64,000 nt of DNA. It comes from Felis catus (lineage: Eukaryota). A model generated the notes under the pieces. It was not told the origin of the DNA. It was given only the letters and a program-made list of their open reading frames with translations, and did not search any database. The stretch lies in NCBI RefSeq assembly GCF_018350175.1, contig NC_058368.1, forward strand, positions 115,260,001-115,324,000, given 5' to 3'. The translations under genes and the position numbers were made by a program. The stretch's first letter is position 1; the number at the start of each line of letters is the position of its first letter. Positions 37,879 to 49,440 of this stretch are shown here, piece after piece.

Positions 37879-39435
37879 TATGATCCAGTAATTCCACTAC
37901 TGAGTATTTACCCAAAGAAAATGAAAACACTAATTTGAAAAAATATATGCACCCCTCTGTTTATTATAACATGATTTATAATACCCAACATATGAAAGCA
38001 ACTCAAAGGTCCATCCATAGATGAAGATAAAGAAAATGTAGTATATATATACAATAGCCATAAAAAAAAAAAAAAAGAATGAGATCTTGCCATTTGCAAC
38101 AACATGGATAGATTTAGAGGATATAATGCTGAGTGAAATAAGTCAGTCAGGGAAAGACAAATACCGTATGATTTCACTCATATGAGGAATTTAAGAAACA
38201 AAACAAATGAACAAGGAAAAAAAGAGATAAACAGGGGCACCTGGGTGGTTGAGTTGATTGAGCGTTTGACTTCAGCTCAGGTTATGATTTTATGGTTCGT
38301 GAGTTCGAGGACCATATTAAGGTCACTGCAGTCAGCACAAAACCTGCTTCAGATACTCTGTCCCCATCTCTCTGCCCCTACTCCCCTTCTCCCTCAAAAA
38401 TAAATAAACATGTAAGAAATATATGGAATCTGGGGCACCTGGGTGGCTCAGTCGGGTAAGCATCCCACTTCGGCTCAGGTCATGATCTCATGGCTTCTGA
38501 GTTCGAACCCTGAGTCGGGCTCTGTGCTCACAGCTCAGAGCCTGGAGCCTGCTTCAGATTCTGTGTCTCCCTCTCTCTCCTCCCCTCCCCTGCTCACACT
38601 CTGTCTGTCTGTCTCTCTCTCTTTCAAAAACAAATAAACATTTAAAACAATGTTTTAAGAAAGAAAATCATTATTTAAAAAAAAATATATATATATATGG
38701 AATCTATGAATAGTAAACATTAAGGGCCTCACAGTTGAAAAAAGGTGGGGGGGGGGGGGCACTTGGGTGGCTCAGTTGGTTGAGCGTCTGACTTTGGCTC
38801 AGGTCATGATCTCACAGTTTGTGAGTTTGAGCCCTGCATCAGGCTCTGTGCTGACAGATCAGAGCCTGGAACCTGCTTCAGATTCTGTGTCTCCCTCTCT
38901 CTCTGCCCCTTCCCTGCTCATGCTCTGTCTCTCTCTGTCTCTCAAAAGTGAATAAACGTTAAAAAAAAAAAAAAAAAGACAGAGACAAGCAACAACAACA
39001 AAAAAATCAGACTCTTAACCACAAAGAACTAACGGGTGCCAGAGGGAAGGTGGGGGGAGGAGGTGGGCGAAACAGCTTAACGGGATTAAGAGTACATTTA
39101 TGATGATGAACACTGAGCAATGTATAGAATTGTTAAGGGGCGCCATGGTGGCGCAGTTGGTTAAGCATCTGATTCTTGATTTCTGCTCAGGTCAAGACCT
39201 CACATTTGGTGAGTTTGAGCTCCACATCAGGCTCTGCACTGACTGTGCAGAGCCTGCTTGGGATTCTCTCTCTTTCCCTCTATTTCTGCCCCTCCCCTGC
39301 TCACACACACACACTCTCTCTCTCTCTCTCTCAAAATAAATAAACATTAAATTTTTTAAAAAATTGAATTGTTAAATCATTACATTGTACACTCAAAACT
39401 AACATATAACTGTGCATTAATTAAACTTGAATTTT
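37879..39435 (+). mobile_element. Older carnivore L1 3' fragment interrupted by four CAN-SINEs
   Basis: YDPVIPLLSIYPKKMKTLI motif, followed by L1 3' end and carnivore 3' UTR pieces between the SINEs. Confidence 0.85.
38233..39362 (+). mobile_element. Four CAN-SINEs inserted in an L1 (38233-38410, 38432-38690, 38756-38978, 39137-39362)
   Basis: Four heads and tails between L1 3' fragments. Confidence 0.92.
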
Positions 39436-39450
39436 AAAAAGAATGTATGT

Positions 39451-40851
39451 GGCATAAAAACAGACACATAGACCAATGGAATAGAATAGAAACCCCAGAA
39501 CTAGACCCACAAACGTATGGCCAACTAATCATTGACAAAGCAGGAAAGAATATCCAATGGAAAAAAGACAGCCTCTTTAACAAATGGTGCTGGGAGAACT
39601 GGACAGCAGCATGCAGAAGATTGAAACTAGACCACTTTCTCACACCATGCACAAAAATAAATTCAAAATGGATAAAGGACCTGAATGTGAGACAGGAAAC
39701 CATCAAAACCCTAGAAGAGAAAGCAGGAAAAGACCTCTCTGACCTCAGCCGTAGCAATTTCTTACTTGACACATCCCCAAAGGCAAGGGAATTAAAAGCA
39801 AAAATGAACGACTGGGACCTTATGAAGATAAAAAGCTTTTGCACAGCAAAGGAAACAACCAACAAAACTAAAAGGCAACCAACAGAATGGGAAAAGATAT
39901 TCGCAAGTGACATATCGGACAAAGGGCTAGTATCCAAAATCTATAAAGAGCTCACCAAACTCCACACCCAAAAAACAAATAACCCAGTGAAGAAATGGGC
40001 AGAAAACATGAATAGACACTTCTCTAAAGAAGACATCCGGATGGCCAACAGGCACATGAAAAGATGCTCAATGTCACTCCTCATCAGGGAAATACAAACC
40101 AAAACCACACTCAGATATCACCTCAGGCCAGTCAGAGTGGGCAAAATGAACAAATCAGGAGACTATAGATGCTGGAGAGGATGTGGAGAAACGGGAACCC
40201 TCTTGCACTGTTGGTGGGAATGCAAATTGGTGCAGCCACTCTGGAAAACAGTGTGGAGGTTCCTCAAAAAATTAAAAATAGACCTACCCTATGACCCAGC
40301 AATAGCACTGCTAGGAATTTACCCAAGGGATACAGGAGTGCTGATGCATAGGGGCACTTGTACCCCAATGTCTATAGCAGCACTCTCAACAAGAGCCAAA
40401 TTATGGAAAGAGCCTAAATGTCCATCAACTGATGAATGGATAAAGAAACTGTGGTTTATATACACAATGGAGTACTACGTGGCAATGAGAAAGAATGAAA
40501 TCTGGCCCTTTATAGCAACATGGATGGAACTGGAGAGTGTGATGCTAAGTGAAATAAGCCATACAGAGAAAGACAGATACCATATGGTTTCACTCTTATG
40601 TGGATCCTGAGAAACTTAACAGAAATCCATGGGGGAAGGGAAGGAAAAAAAAAAAAAAAAAAAAAAGAGGTTTGAGAGGAAGAGAGCCAAAGCATAAGAG
40701 GCTCTTAAAAACTGAGAACAAACTGAGGGTTGATGGGGGGTGGGAGGGAGGGGGGGGGTGGGTGATGGGTATTGAGGAGGGCACCTTTTGGGATGAGCAC
40801 TGGGTGTTGTATGGAAACCAATTTGACAATAAACTTCATATATTGAAGAAA
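39451..40851 (+). mobile_element. Young 5'-truncated feline LINE-1 (L1_Fc-like) with uninterrupted ORF2 C-terminal 387 codons
   Basis: ORF 39447-40610 reads [14 protein letters not shown]...[26 protein letters not shown]...[12 protein letters not shown] (L1 ORF2 Cys-rich domain). G-rich 3' UTR, AATAAA, and perfect 15-bp TSD AAAAAGAATGTATGT at 39436-39450 and 40852-40866. Confidence 0.97.
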
Positions 40852-41074
40852 AAAAAGAATGTATGTACATAAAAGGAATAATACTTTAGACTTATTCATT
40901 TATTCATTCATTCACTAAAGTTTTATTGATATCCTCCTGTGTGCCAGATACTATTCTAGGTAATGGGGATTTAGCAGTGAATAAGCAGAAAAGGTCCTGT
41001 TTAAGGACCTAATGTTCTAGTGAGACATACAGATAGGATGCAACGAAATACAGTAATATAATTTCAGGTAGTGA

Positions 41075-42109
41075 AACTCCTTTCTAATAAAAGACCCCAG
41101 AGCTCCTTGGAGAAATGGCTGATTCTAGGGCTGGGGCAGGAAATCCAGTGAAAAATCCAGTGATGGAAGTATATCAAAGGGACATAGCTAACTGAAAGCA
41201 TTCCCAGTAAACAAAACTGGAAAATTTTGAGCAACCAAATGAAGTATTATTGATTATAACCTGAAGGGTAAAATAAGTAATTATGAGCTCATACTGATAT
41301 AAATTAATTGACTAGGGGTGCCTGGGTGGCTCAGTCGGTTGAGCGCCCAATTTCGGCCCAGGTCATGATCTCGCGGTCTGTGGGTTCGAGCCCCGCATCG
41401 GGCTCTGTGCTGACAGCTTGGAGCCCGGAGCCTGTTTCAGATTCTGTGTCTCCCTCTCTCTCTCTCTCTCTCTGACCCTCCCCTGTTCATGCTCTGTCTC
41501 TCTCTGTCTCAAAAATAAACATTAAAAAAATTAAAAATAAGTTAATTGACTAAATAAATAAATGGAGAAGAGACAAATCCCCTTTACATAATTCCAAATA
41601 ATGTATATAGATACCCCACCTTCAAGGCCGTGGAGCACAACTCCCCATTCCTTAAATGTGGGCTGTGCATAGTGACTTCATTCCAAAGAGTACAGAATGA
41701 AAGGAGGACAGGGAAGATGGGAGAGTGACTTCATAGCGGAGAAACCTGGCAAACTTAAACTCAACCAGGTAATCAGGGTTAACCTGAACATTAACAAATC
41801 ATGTCAACTGATACCATGTGGTGAGAATGTCATGTCTATAGCCTTCCTCCCCAAAACACGAAACCCTAATCTAATCATAGGGAAAACTCAGACAAATCCC
41901 AATTGAAGGACAGTCTACAAAATGCCTGACCACTAATCTTCAAAAGTGTCAAGTGAGCCTGGGTGGCTCAGTTGGTTAAACGTCCATCTTCAGCTCAGGT
42001 CAATATCTCACAGCTCATGAGTTTGAACCCCGCGTTGGGCTCTGTGCTGACAGCTCAGAGCCTAGAGCCTGCTTCTGATTCTGTGTCTCCCTCTCTCTGC
42101 CCCTTCCCC

Positions 42110-42145
<36 letters not shown>

Positions 42146-42530
42146 AATAAGTAAACATAAAAAAAAATTTTTAAGTGTCAAGGTCATCTAAAACAAGGAA
42201 AGTCTTGAGGGATGGAGAAAAAAAAACAAGGGAAGTCTGAAAAACTATGTCATAGTCAAAAGGAGCCTAAGAAGACGTGACAACTAAATGAAATGTGGCA
42301 TCCTGAACAAAAAGAAGACATCAGATGAAAATCTGAATAAAATACAGACTTTAGTTAATAATAGTATATTAGAATTTGGCTCAACAGTTGTGACAAATGT
42401 ACTATACTAAAAGATGTTGATAATGGCAGGATGGGAGGCATACTGGGTATACAGTATATGGGAATTCTGTACGGGCTTTGCAAATTTTCTACAAATCTAA
42501 AATTATTCTAAGGTAAAAATTTTAGTTTTT
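41075..42530 (+). mobile_element. L1MC/L1MD-type 3' UTR fragment split by two SINEs
   Basis: GGAGAAATGGCTGATTCTAGGGCTGGGGCAGGAAA...GGGAATTCTGTAC...TCTACAAATCTAAAATTATTC. Confidence 0.75.
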
Positions 42531-42710
42531 AAAAAGTGCTTTGAAGAAAAATAAAACAGGGTATAAAATAGCAAGTGATGGAATGGTGCCTGTTTTAAAG
42601 GGTTTTTTTTTTAATTTTTATTTTTTTGGTAATCTTTAAACCCAATCTTTAGAACTCACGACCTTGAGATCGAGTCCCATGCTCTTCCGACTCAGCCAGC
42701 CAGGCACCCC
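41315..42710. mobile_element. CAN-SINEs (+41315-41540, +41955-42172, -42603-42710)
   Basis: Recognisable heads and tails; the first has TSD TTAATTGACTA. Confidence 0.9.
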
Positions 42711-42949
42711 TGATGCCTATTTTAGATATGATAGTCAAGGAAGGCCTCTCTAAAGTGATATTAGAAAAGCCTGAATGAAGTGAGGGATGAGCAGTGCAGA
42801 TATTAATGTAAAGAGTTACCATGCAGGCAGACCATTAAACGCAAAGATCTTGAGATTAGGGTATATTTGATATGCTCAAGGAAAGTGAGCTTGCAGCAAA
42901 GTTGCAAAGCTACTTGGGGTAAAGGGGTGAGATCATGTAGATCCTTTTA

Positions 42950-43700
42950 AATTAAATTTTATTTTCTTTTCTAGTTGTAGTAAAATACACATAACATAAA
43001 ATTTTCCAGCTTAGCCATTTTTAAATGTACTGTTCATTATTGTTAAGTACATTCACATTATTGTGCAAACAATCTCCAGAACTCTTTTCATTTTACAAAC
43101 CTGAAACTTTATACCTATCATATAGAGACTTTTAAACCACAGTAAGTACATTAGTTTCCCATGACTGCCATAACAAAATTACTGCACCCTGGTGACTTAA
43201 AACAACAGAAATGTATTTTCTCACAGTTCAGTAGACCAGATGTTCAACATCAGCTTATATATATTCATAGGTCATTCTTTTTTCATTCCTGTGTAGTATT
43301 CCATTAAATGAATATACAACTTATTTAGCCATTCTCCTGTTAGTACACATTTGAGTTGTTTCTCAGTTGGGCTATTATAAATAAGGTTGTTATGAACATT
43401 CTTGCACATGTCCTTTTTGTGGACATATGTGTTCATTTATCTTGGGTATATACCTGGGAGTAGAATTGTTGGATAATAGGGAAGGTATATGTTTTGCTTT
43501 AGTAGAAATTGAGAGTTTACATAAGTGCTTTTACCAGTTTATATTTCCAACAGCAGTGAATGGGAGTTACAGTTGTTCCACATCCTCGCCTATACTTGGT
43601 ATTGTCAGAATTTTAACATTCAGATGAGTATATAATGGTTATTCAAAGTGTTTTAATTTGCACTTTCCTGATGAATAAACAATTACGTTGAGCACCTTTT
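42950..43700 (-). mobile_element. Antisense L1M fragments with an MLT piece (~43148-43255)
   Basis: GTAAAATACACATAACATAAAATT..., TAGTATTCCATTAAATGAATATAC...; MLT-like TGCCATAACAAAATTACTGCAC...GACTTAAAACAACAGAAAT. Confidence 0.7.
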
Positions 43701-43709
43701 CATTGGACA

Positions 43710-44420
43710 ACTTTAAGCAGAAAGGAAATATGATTTGACTTAATATTCTTAAAAGATTACTCTGACTTCTGAATTGAAAACAGAATATAAAGTAAGGAGC
43801 AAAGGTGGAATTAGGGAGACCAGTTATGAAGTTACTACTGTAACCTCAGGGAAGGAGAATGATGGCTTGGATCAGGACAGTGATGATAAAGTTGGTATGA
43901 AGTAGTCAGACACAGATCATATTTAGAAGACCTAGCTTACAGAGAGCTGATAGACTGAATGTAAAGACTAAGGGAAAGAGAGGAATCAAGAGGCAGGCCT
44001 CTAGGTATCTGAGTTGAGCAAGCAGATAAATGGAGATGCTACCTGGAAAGAACTGGGTTCTAGGATTGTACAGGGAATGGTGGGCAAGGAGAGTCAAAGA
44101 ATCAAGAATTCTGTTTTGGACATATCAAGTTTGAGATTCCTATTAGACAAACAAGGGGAAATGTCAGGTAAGCATTAGATGACTAAATTGGGAGCTCAAA
44201 AGAGAGGTCCAAACTAGAGATATAAATTAAATGTCTTCAGAATAAAGAGTATTTAAAGCTTGATGCTAGAGAAAATCACTTAGAAATGAGAGTGGTAGAA
44301 AACAGATCCCTGGGACCTTGAACAGGTAGAGGGCATGAAGACAGGAGAAGGAGCTACCAGAAAAGCAGGAAGAAATCCATGAAAGTGTTAGTGCCCAGGA
44401 AGTCAAGTAGATAGTGTTTC
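43710..44420 (-). mobile_element. L2 fragment (antisense); other arms at ~40890-41075 and ~42535-42950
   Basis: TTTAAGCAGAAAGGAAATATGATTTGACTT, GAGGAATCAAGAGG, TTCTGTTTTGGACATATCAAGTTTGAGAT. Confidence 0.75.
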
Positions 44421-44424
44421 ATTT

Positions 44425-44856
44425 ATGTATGTATGCATGTATGTATTTATTTATTTATTTATTTTTAACATTTATTCATTTTTGAGAGTGAGAGAGACAG
44501 AGCGTGAGCGGGGCAGGAGCAGAGAGAGAGGGAGACACAGAATCTGCAGCAGGCTCCAGGCTCTGAACTGTCAATACAGAGTCTGACTTGGGGCTCTAAC
44601 TCACAGATCGCAAGATCATGATCTGAGCTGAATTCGGACGCTTAACTGACTGAGACACCCAGGTGCCCCAAGTGGATAGTGTTTCAAAAGCAAGAGTGGG
44701 GAGGCATTTGGGTGGTTCAGTTGGTTGGGCTTCCAACTCTTGATTTCAGCTCAGGTCATGATCTCATGGTTCATGGATTCAGTGGGACTCTGTGCTGACA
44801 GTGCAAAGCCTGCTTGAGATTCTCTCTCTCCCTCTCTGTCTGTCCCTCCCCTACTA

Positions 44857-44899
<43 letters not shown>

Positions 44900-45165
44900 A
44901 AATAAATAAAGATAAACTTAAAAAGAAAAACAGGAAGGGTGGGACCAACTAAGTCAAATGCTACTAAGACACAGAATAAATGACTACTGAAAACTGACAA
45001 ATTGATACAGCAAATGGTTCCAAGGGAGAAGCTAAGAAAGGTGAGGAAGAAGGGGTGCCTAGCTGGCTCAGTCAGTAGGGCATGTGACTCCTGACTTTGC
45101 AGTTGTAAGTTCAAGCCCCAAGTTGGGTGTAGAGATTACTTAAAAATAAATCAAAATAAATCTTG
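44425..45165. mobile_element. CAN-SINEs (-44425-44669, +44700-44925, +45052-45165)
   Basis: Recognisable heads and tails; the first is flanked by AAGT(A/G)GATAGTGTTTCA. Confidence 0.9.
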
Positions 45166-45168
45166 AAA

Positions 45169-45242
45169 GGAAGGAGGGAAGGAAGGAAGGAAGGAAGGAA
45201 GGAAGGAAGGAAGGAAGGAAGGAAGGAAGGAAGGAAGAAGGA
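45169..45242. repeat. (GGAA)n microsatellite grown from a SINE tail
   Basis: About 15 consecutive GGAA units directly after the SINE A-tail. Confidence 0.97.
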
Positions 45243-47034
45243 AAAGTGAGGAAGATAAGCACCACCTTATCTGTGGTTGCTGTGCTGCTGTGTTGCTGGG
45301 GGGTGGGGGGCAGGGGCGGGGCAGGGAAAGCCAGAATATAATCCTTAATTGGAATGGGGAAGGGAATGTTTAGAGAGAAAAATGAAAACCTTCAGACTGT
45401 CAACATCAAATATTTGTATCTTAGGCCACCAGTCCAAATGGGCAATTACTAAATCTTCAGACTGGAAAGATCACCGCTAAGCACAAAAATCTCTCCACAT
45501 CTTCCAGGGAACTACACCTAAATATGCAAAGAGAAGGGCTTGCTGGCTAAGGGACCATCCCAGGATTTTATTCCTTCATTCATCAAGTATATATGGAGCC
45601 CCTACTATGTTAGGTGTCAGGTAGTCTAGGCTCTATGGAAACAGCAGAGAATAAAACAGACAAAACTGTCCACCCTCTGGAGCTGATAGTCTCCTGTGTC
45701 CTTGCACTTTCCTCTAGCCTTCCACAACCAGAGGCCCTGAAGCTATAGGACACAACTGTGCCCTGGTCTGTGCCATCACCCCCCTGAGCCCTGAAAGGAC
45801 ACGTAAAACTCTCCTTTTCAGAAAAAGTAAAGAGATCAGCCCCCTTGGCAGAGGGTGAATTTTCCCCAGGGCCAAACCCAGGCTGACAGCAGAGGCCCCA
45901 CATCTGGAGCGCCATTAGTTTGGATGTCACTGCAATTATCACATTGGCTGCAGACAAAGCCAAATCACAATTGAGGACAGGATTTTAAATCACGACTTTC
46001 CAGAGTCTCATTAGGTAATTGATGCTGATCACATTGCTTAATGGGGACCCATAAAATGCTTGCTATTTATATTACAAAGGGCAGAGAAAAGGCTCAAGTA
46101 ACCAGATAATTGACGGATGATATGAGGGACTAGGGTGAAGGGGTGGGAAGAGACAGGGAAACCTGGTAAAGTTTCCCTGCCTGCAGATTTTAGCTTCTTA
46201 TTGGTGGTGACTATTTGGCTGGATTCAGAGAAGACTCTGCCCTGGTCTTCACAAAGCCCAGAGCTGCTCTTCCCAGGAGCCAGGGACTGAGATAAGAATT
46301 GTCATTTAATAGGATTTTCTACAGCAGGCTAAATCGTTTGCTAAATGAGCAATTTCAATCATCCCTTCTCCATCCACTAGGAGGGAATTAAGCTCATTTC
46401 TCCAGCCTGTATCCCCACCTCCCATACCCTTACTCCCTCACAGCTTAGTAAGAAGGATGGTCTGGTTGAGATACAGAAGGTACAGATTACAGCAAGACAC
46501 TTTGGGCCTACCTAAATTCATCAGATCATGAGGCTATAAGAGATCTGCAGCCCCATTCCCCACCCTGCATGCCCCCAAAGTATCCATTAAGACCCATGCA
46601 CACCTGTCATATGCCAGTCTCTCCAGAAAGGAGATCTCAGGGCAGGCTAATTTCCCTAATACTCACCAAGAAAGGACTATAGCACTTCTTACTGCAGAAA
46701 AGTGGGGGGGGGGGGGGGGGCACGACATTCACTTCTTTTCATTACTGAGATTTGGGGCTTTTTTAACAGGAACTTCCATTAAATTCCACAAATCAAGCAT
46801 ATAAAGCATCCTCATATCTTCTAGTTATTTGGAAGAGATCTTAGGGAAAAGAAAGAAATGTCTTGGGGAGGAAGAAGCTGTACCATTTACTAACATATGA
46901 ACTGAAATTGGGTTAATGGAAGATGCATCTGGTGATGGAGAATTCAGTGTTCCCAAGATTCTGTTTCTTGATTGACCTGGGGCCTCCCCACATCTGGATT
47001 CATTTCTGCTTATTCCATATGGATGACCACTGCT

Positions 47035-47155
47035 CTTCCTTAATTCTCTTCCTCCTCTTCCTCCTCCTCCCCTTCCTCTCCTCTTCTCTCTCTCTCTCCC
47101 CCCATCTCTCCTCTCCCTCCCTTTCTCTTTCTCTTTCTCTCTCTTTCTCCTCTTG
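47035..47155. repeat. Polypyrimidine low-complexity tract
   Basis: About 120 nt almost entirely C/T. Confidence 0.9.
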
Positions 47156-47228
47156 TATGATTTTTCTGTCTCCTTTTGCATTGTAAATGATAGATGGTGT
47201 CCTCATTAAGAGTGAGGGCTTTCTCTCC

Positions 47229-47348
47229 AAATTGATTTACAGATTCAACACAATCCCTATCAAAATCCGAACTGGCTTCTTTATAGAAATTTAAAAGCTA
47301 ATCCTAAAAACACATAGAAATGCAAGGGACCCAGAATACCCGCAGCAA

Positions 47349-47381
<33 letters not shown>

Positions 47382-48898
47382 ACAAAGTTGGAAGACTCAC
47401 ACTTTCTGAATTCAAAACTTACACAAATCTATATTAATCAAGACAGTGTGGTACTGATATAAGGATAGACAAGTAGATAAATGGAATAGACCTGAAACGT
47501 CAGAGTAAACCCTCATATTTATAGTCAGTTGATTTTCAAATGATTTTCACATTTAGAGTCACTTGATTTTATGTCAAGACAATTCTTTGGTGAAAAAATA
47601 GTCTTTTCAACAAATGGTTCTGGGACTACTAGATATCCATATGCACAAGAATGAACTTTCCTCATACCATAGCATACACAAAAATTAACGCAAAATGGAC
47701 CATTGACTTACACAGCTAAAACAATAAAACTCCCAGAAGAAATTATGAGCAAGTCTTTCTGACTTTGGGTTAGGGAAAGCCTTCTTCAGTATGGTAACAA
47801 AAGCACAAGTGACAAGGGTAAAGGAAAAAGCTAAGCTGGATGTGACTTAATCAAAATTAAAATTTTTTGTGTGTGTTTCAAAGGATACCATCAAGAAAGT
47901 GGGGGGGGGGACACAAAATGGGAGAGAATATATATCTCAGAATTATATGTCTGATAAGGAACTTGAATCTAGAATATATGAAGAACTCCACATCTCAATA
48001 ACAAAAGACAACCCAATTTTTTAAATGGGCAAAGGATCTAAATAGATATTTCACTAAAGGAGGTAGGCAACAAGCACATAAAAAGATGTTCAACATCATT
48101 AGTCATCAGAGAAATGAGATACTACTTCACACCACTACGATGGCTATAATAAAAAAGATTGATAACAACAAATGTTGGATGGATGGAGAAATTGGAACCC
48201 TGATGCACCTCTGGTGGGATTGTAATATGCTACAGCTGCTTTGGAAAATAGTCTGGCATTTCCTCAAAAGACTGAACAGAGACTTACCATATGGGCCAGC
48301 AATTCCACTCCTAGATATATACCCAAGGGAACCAAAAACAGGTGTTCATACAGAAATTTGTACATGAATGTTCATAGCAACATTATTCATAACAGCCATA
48401 AAGTGGAAGCAATCCAAATTTCCATAAATTGATAAATGGATAATGTACCATAGTATTGCATGGTATTTCCATGTATATCCACACAATGGAATACTATTAT
48501 TTCATTTCACTAATGTTAATGGAATATTATTTGGCAGTGAAAAAAATGAAGTATTGATAAACACTACAACATGGATGAACCTTAACAACTTTATGCTAAG
48601 TGAAAGAAGTTAGTCACAAAGACCACATATTGTATGATTCCATTTATATGAAATGTCCAGAGAAAGTAAATCTAGAGAGACAGAAAGTACACTAATGGTT
48701 GCCTAGGGCTGAGGATATCGAGAGGAAATGGATAATAACTCCAAATGAGTACAGGGTTTCTTTTTGCAGTGACAAAAATATTCTAGGATTGATTGTGGTG
48801 ATGGTTGCACAATTCTGTAAATACAACAAAAACCACTGAATTGTGCACTTTCAAAGGGTGAATTGTATAGCATGCAAATTACATCTCAATAAAGATGT
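47229..48898 (+). mobile_element. Degenerate L1M (L1MB-like) ORF2 3' part + 3' UTR
   Basis: Contains AGATTCAACACAATCCCTATCAAAATCC and an ORF remnant GTLMHLWWDCNMLQLLWK...DLPYGPAIPLLDIYPRE. Ends with a typical L1MB 3' UTR (...ACATCTCAATAAAG). Confidence 0.9.
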
Positions 48899-49004
48899 AT
48901 ATTTATATGTATTTACATATATATGAAGAAAAGCAACAAGAAACTCAAAAATCAACTAAAAACGCTGTATCAAATTGTTACAACTAAGTGATCTCATTGT
49001 TGTA

Positions 49005-49197
49005 TTTTTTCAATGTTTATTTATTTTTGAGAGAGAGACAGATAGAGACAGAGGCAGAGAGAGAGGGAGACAGAGGCTCCAAGCAGGCTTTGTGCCGACA
49101 GCAGAGAACCTGATGCGGGGCTCAAACCCATGAATTGTGAGATCATGACCTGAGCTGAAGTTGGATGTTTAACTGACTGAGTCACCCAGATGCCTCT
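49005..49197 (-). mobile_element. CAN-SINE
   Basis: Reverse element; near-TSD CTCAT(T/G)GTTGTATTTTT. Confidence 0.9.
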
Positions 49198-49279
49198 CAT
49201 GGTTGTATTTTTTTTTTTAATAATAAAAAAAAAAAGACTCTCAAAACAAAAAAATCTGAGAGCTTTGCTAGCACATTTT

Positions 49280-49440
49280 AGTTCTGGCACCTGTTGACTC
49301 TGTGACCTTGAACAAGTTACTGAATCTCACTCAGCTCAGCTTTCCCATCTGTAAAGCTTTCTCATCTAGGGCAGATCACTGTGAGGATTAAATAAATTAA
49401 GATATAAAGGGACCTGCCATATAATAAGTACTCAGTAAAT
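49280..49440 (+). mobile_element. MIR
   Basis: TGTGACCTTGAACAAGTTACTGAATCTC...TTTCCCATCTGTAAA...GTGAGGATTAAAT. Confidence 0.75.

Noticed and set aside
39447..40610. 387-aa ORF as a host gene
   Set aside because: It is the C-terminus of L1 ORF2, and its start codon comes from the target-site duplication. The antisense ORF 39434-39937 is its mirror.
46825..47230. Charged R/E/K-rich ORFs (also at 63493-63702)
   Set aside because: Artefacts of polypurine/polypyrimidine low-complexity tracts.
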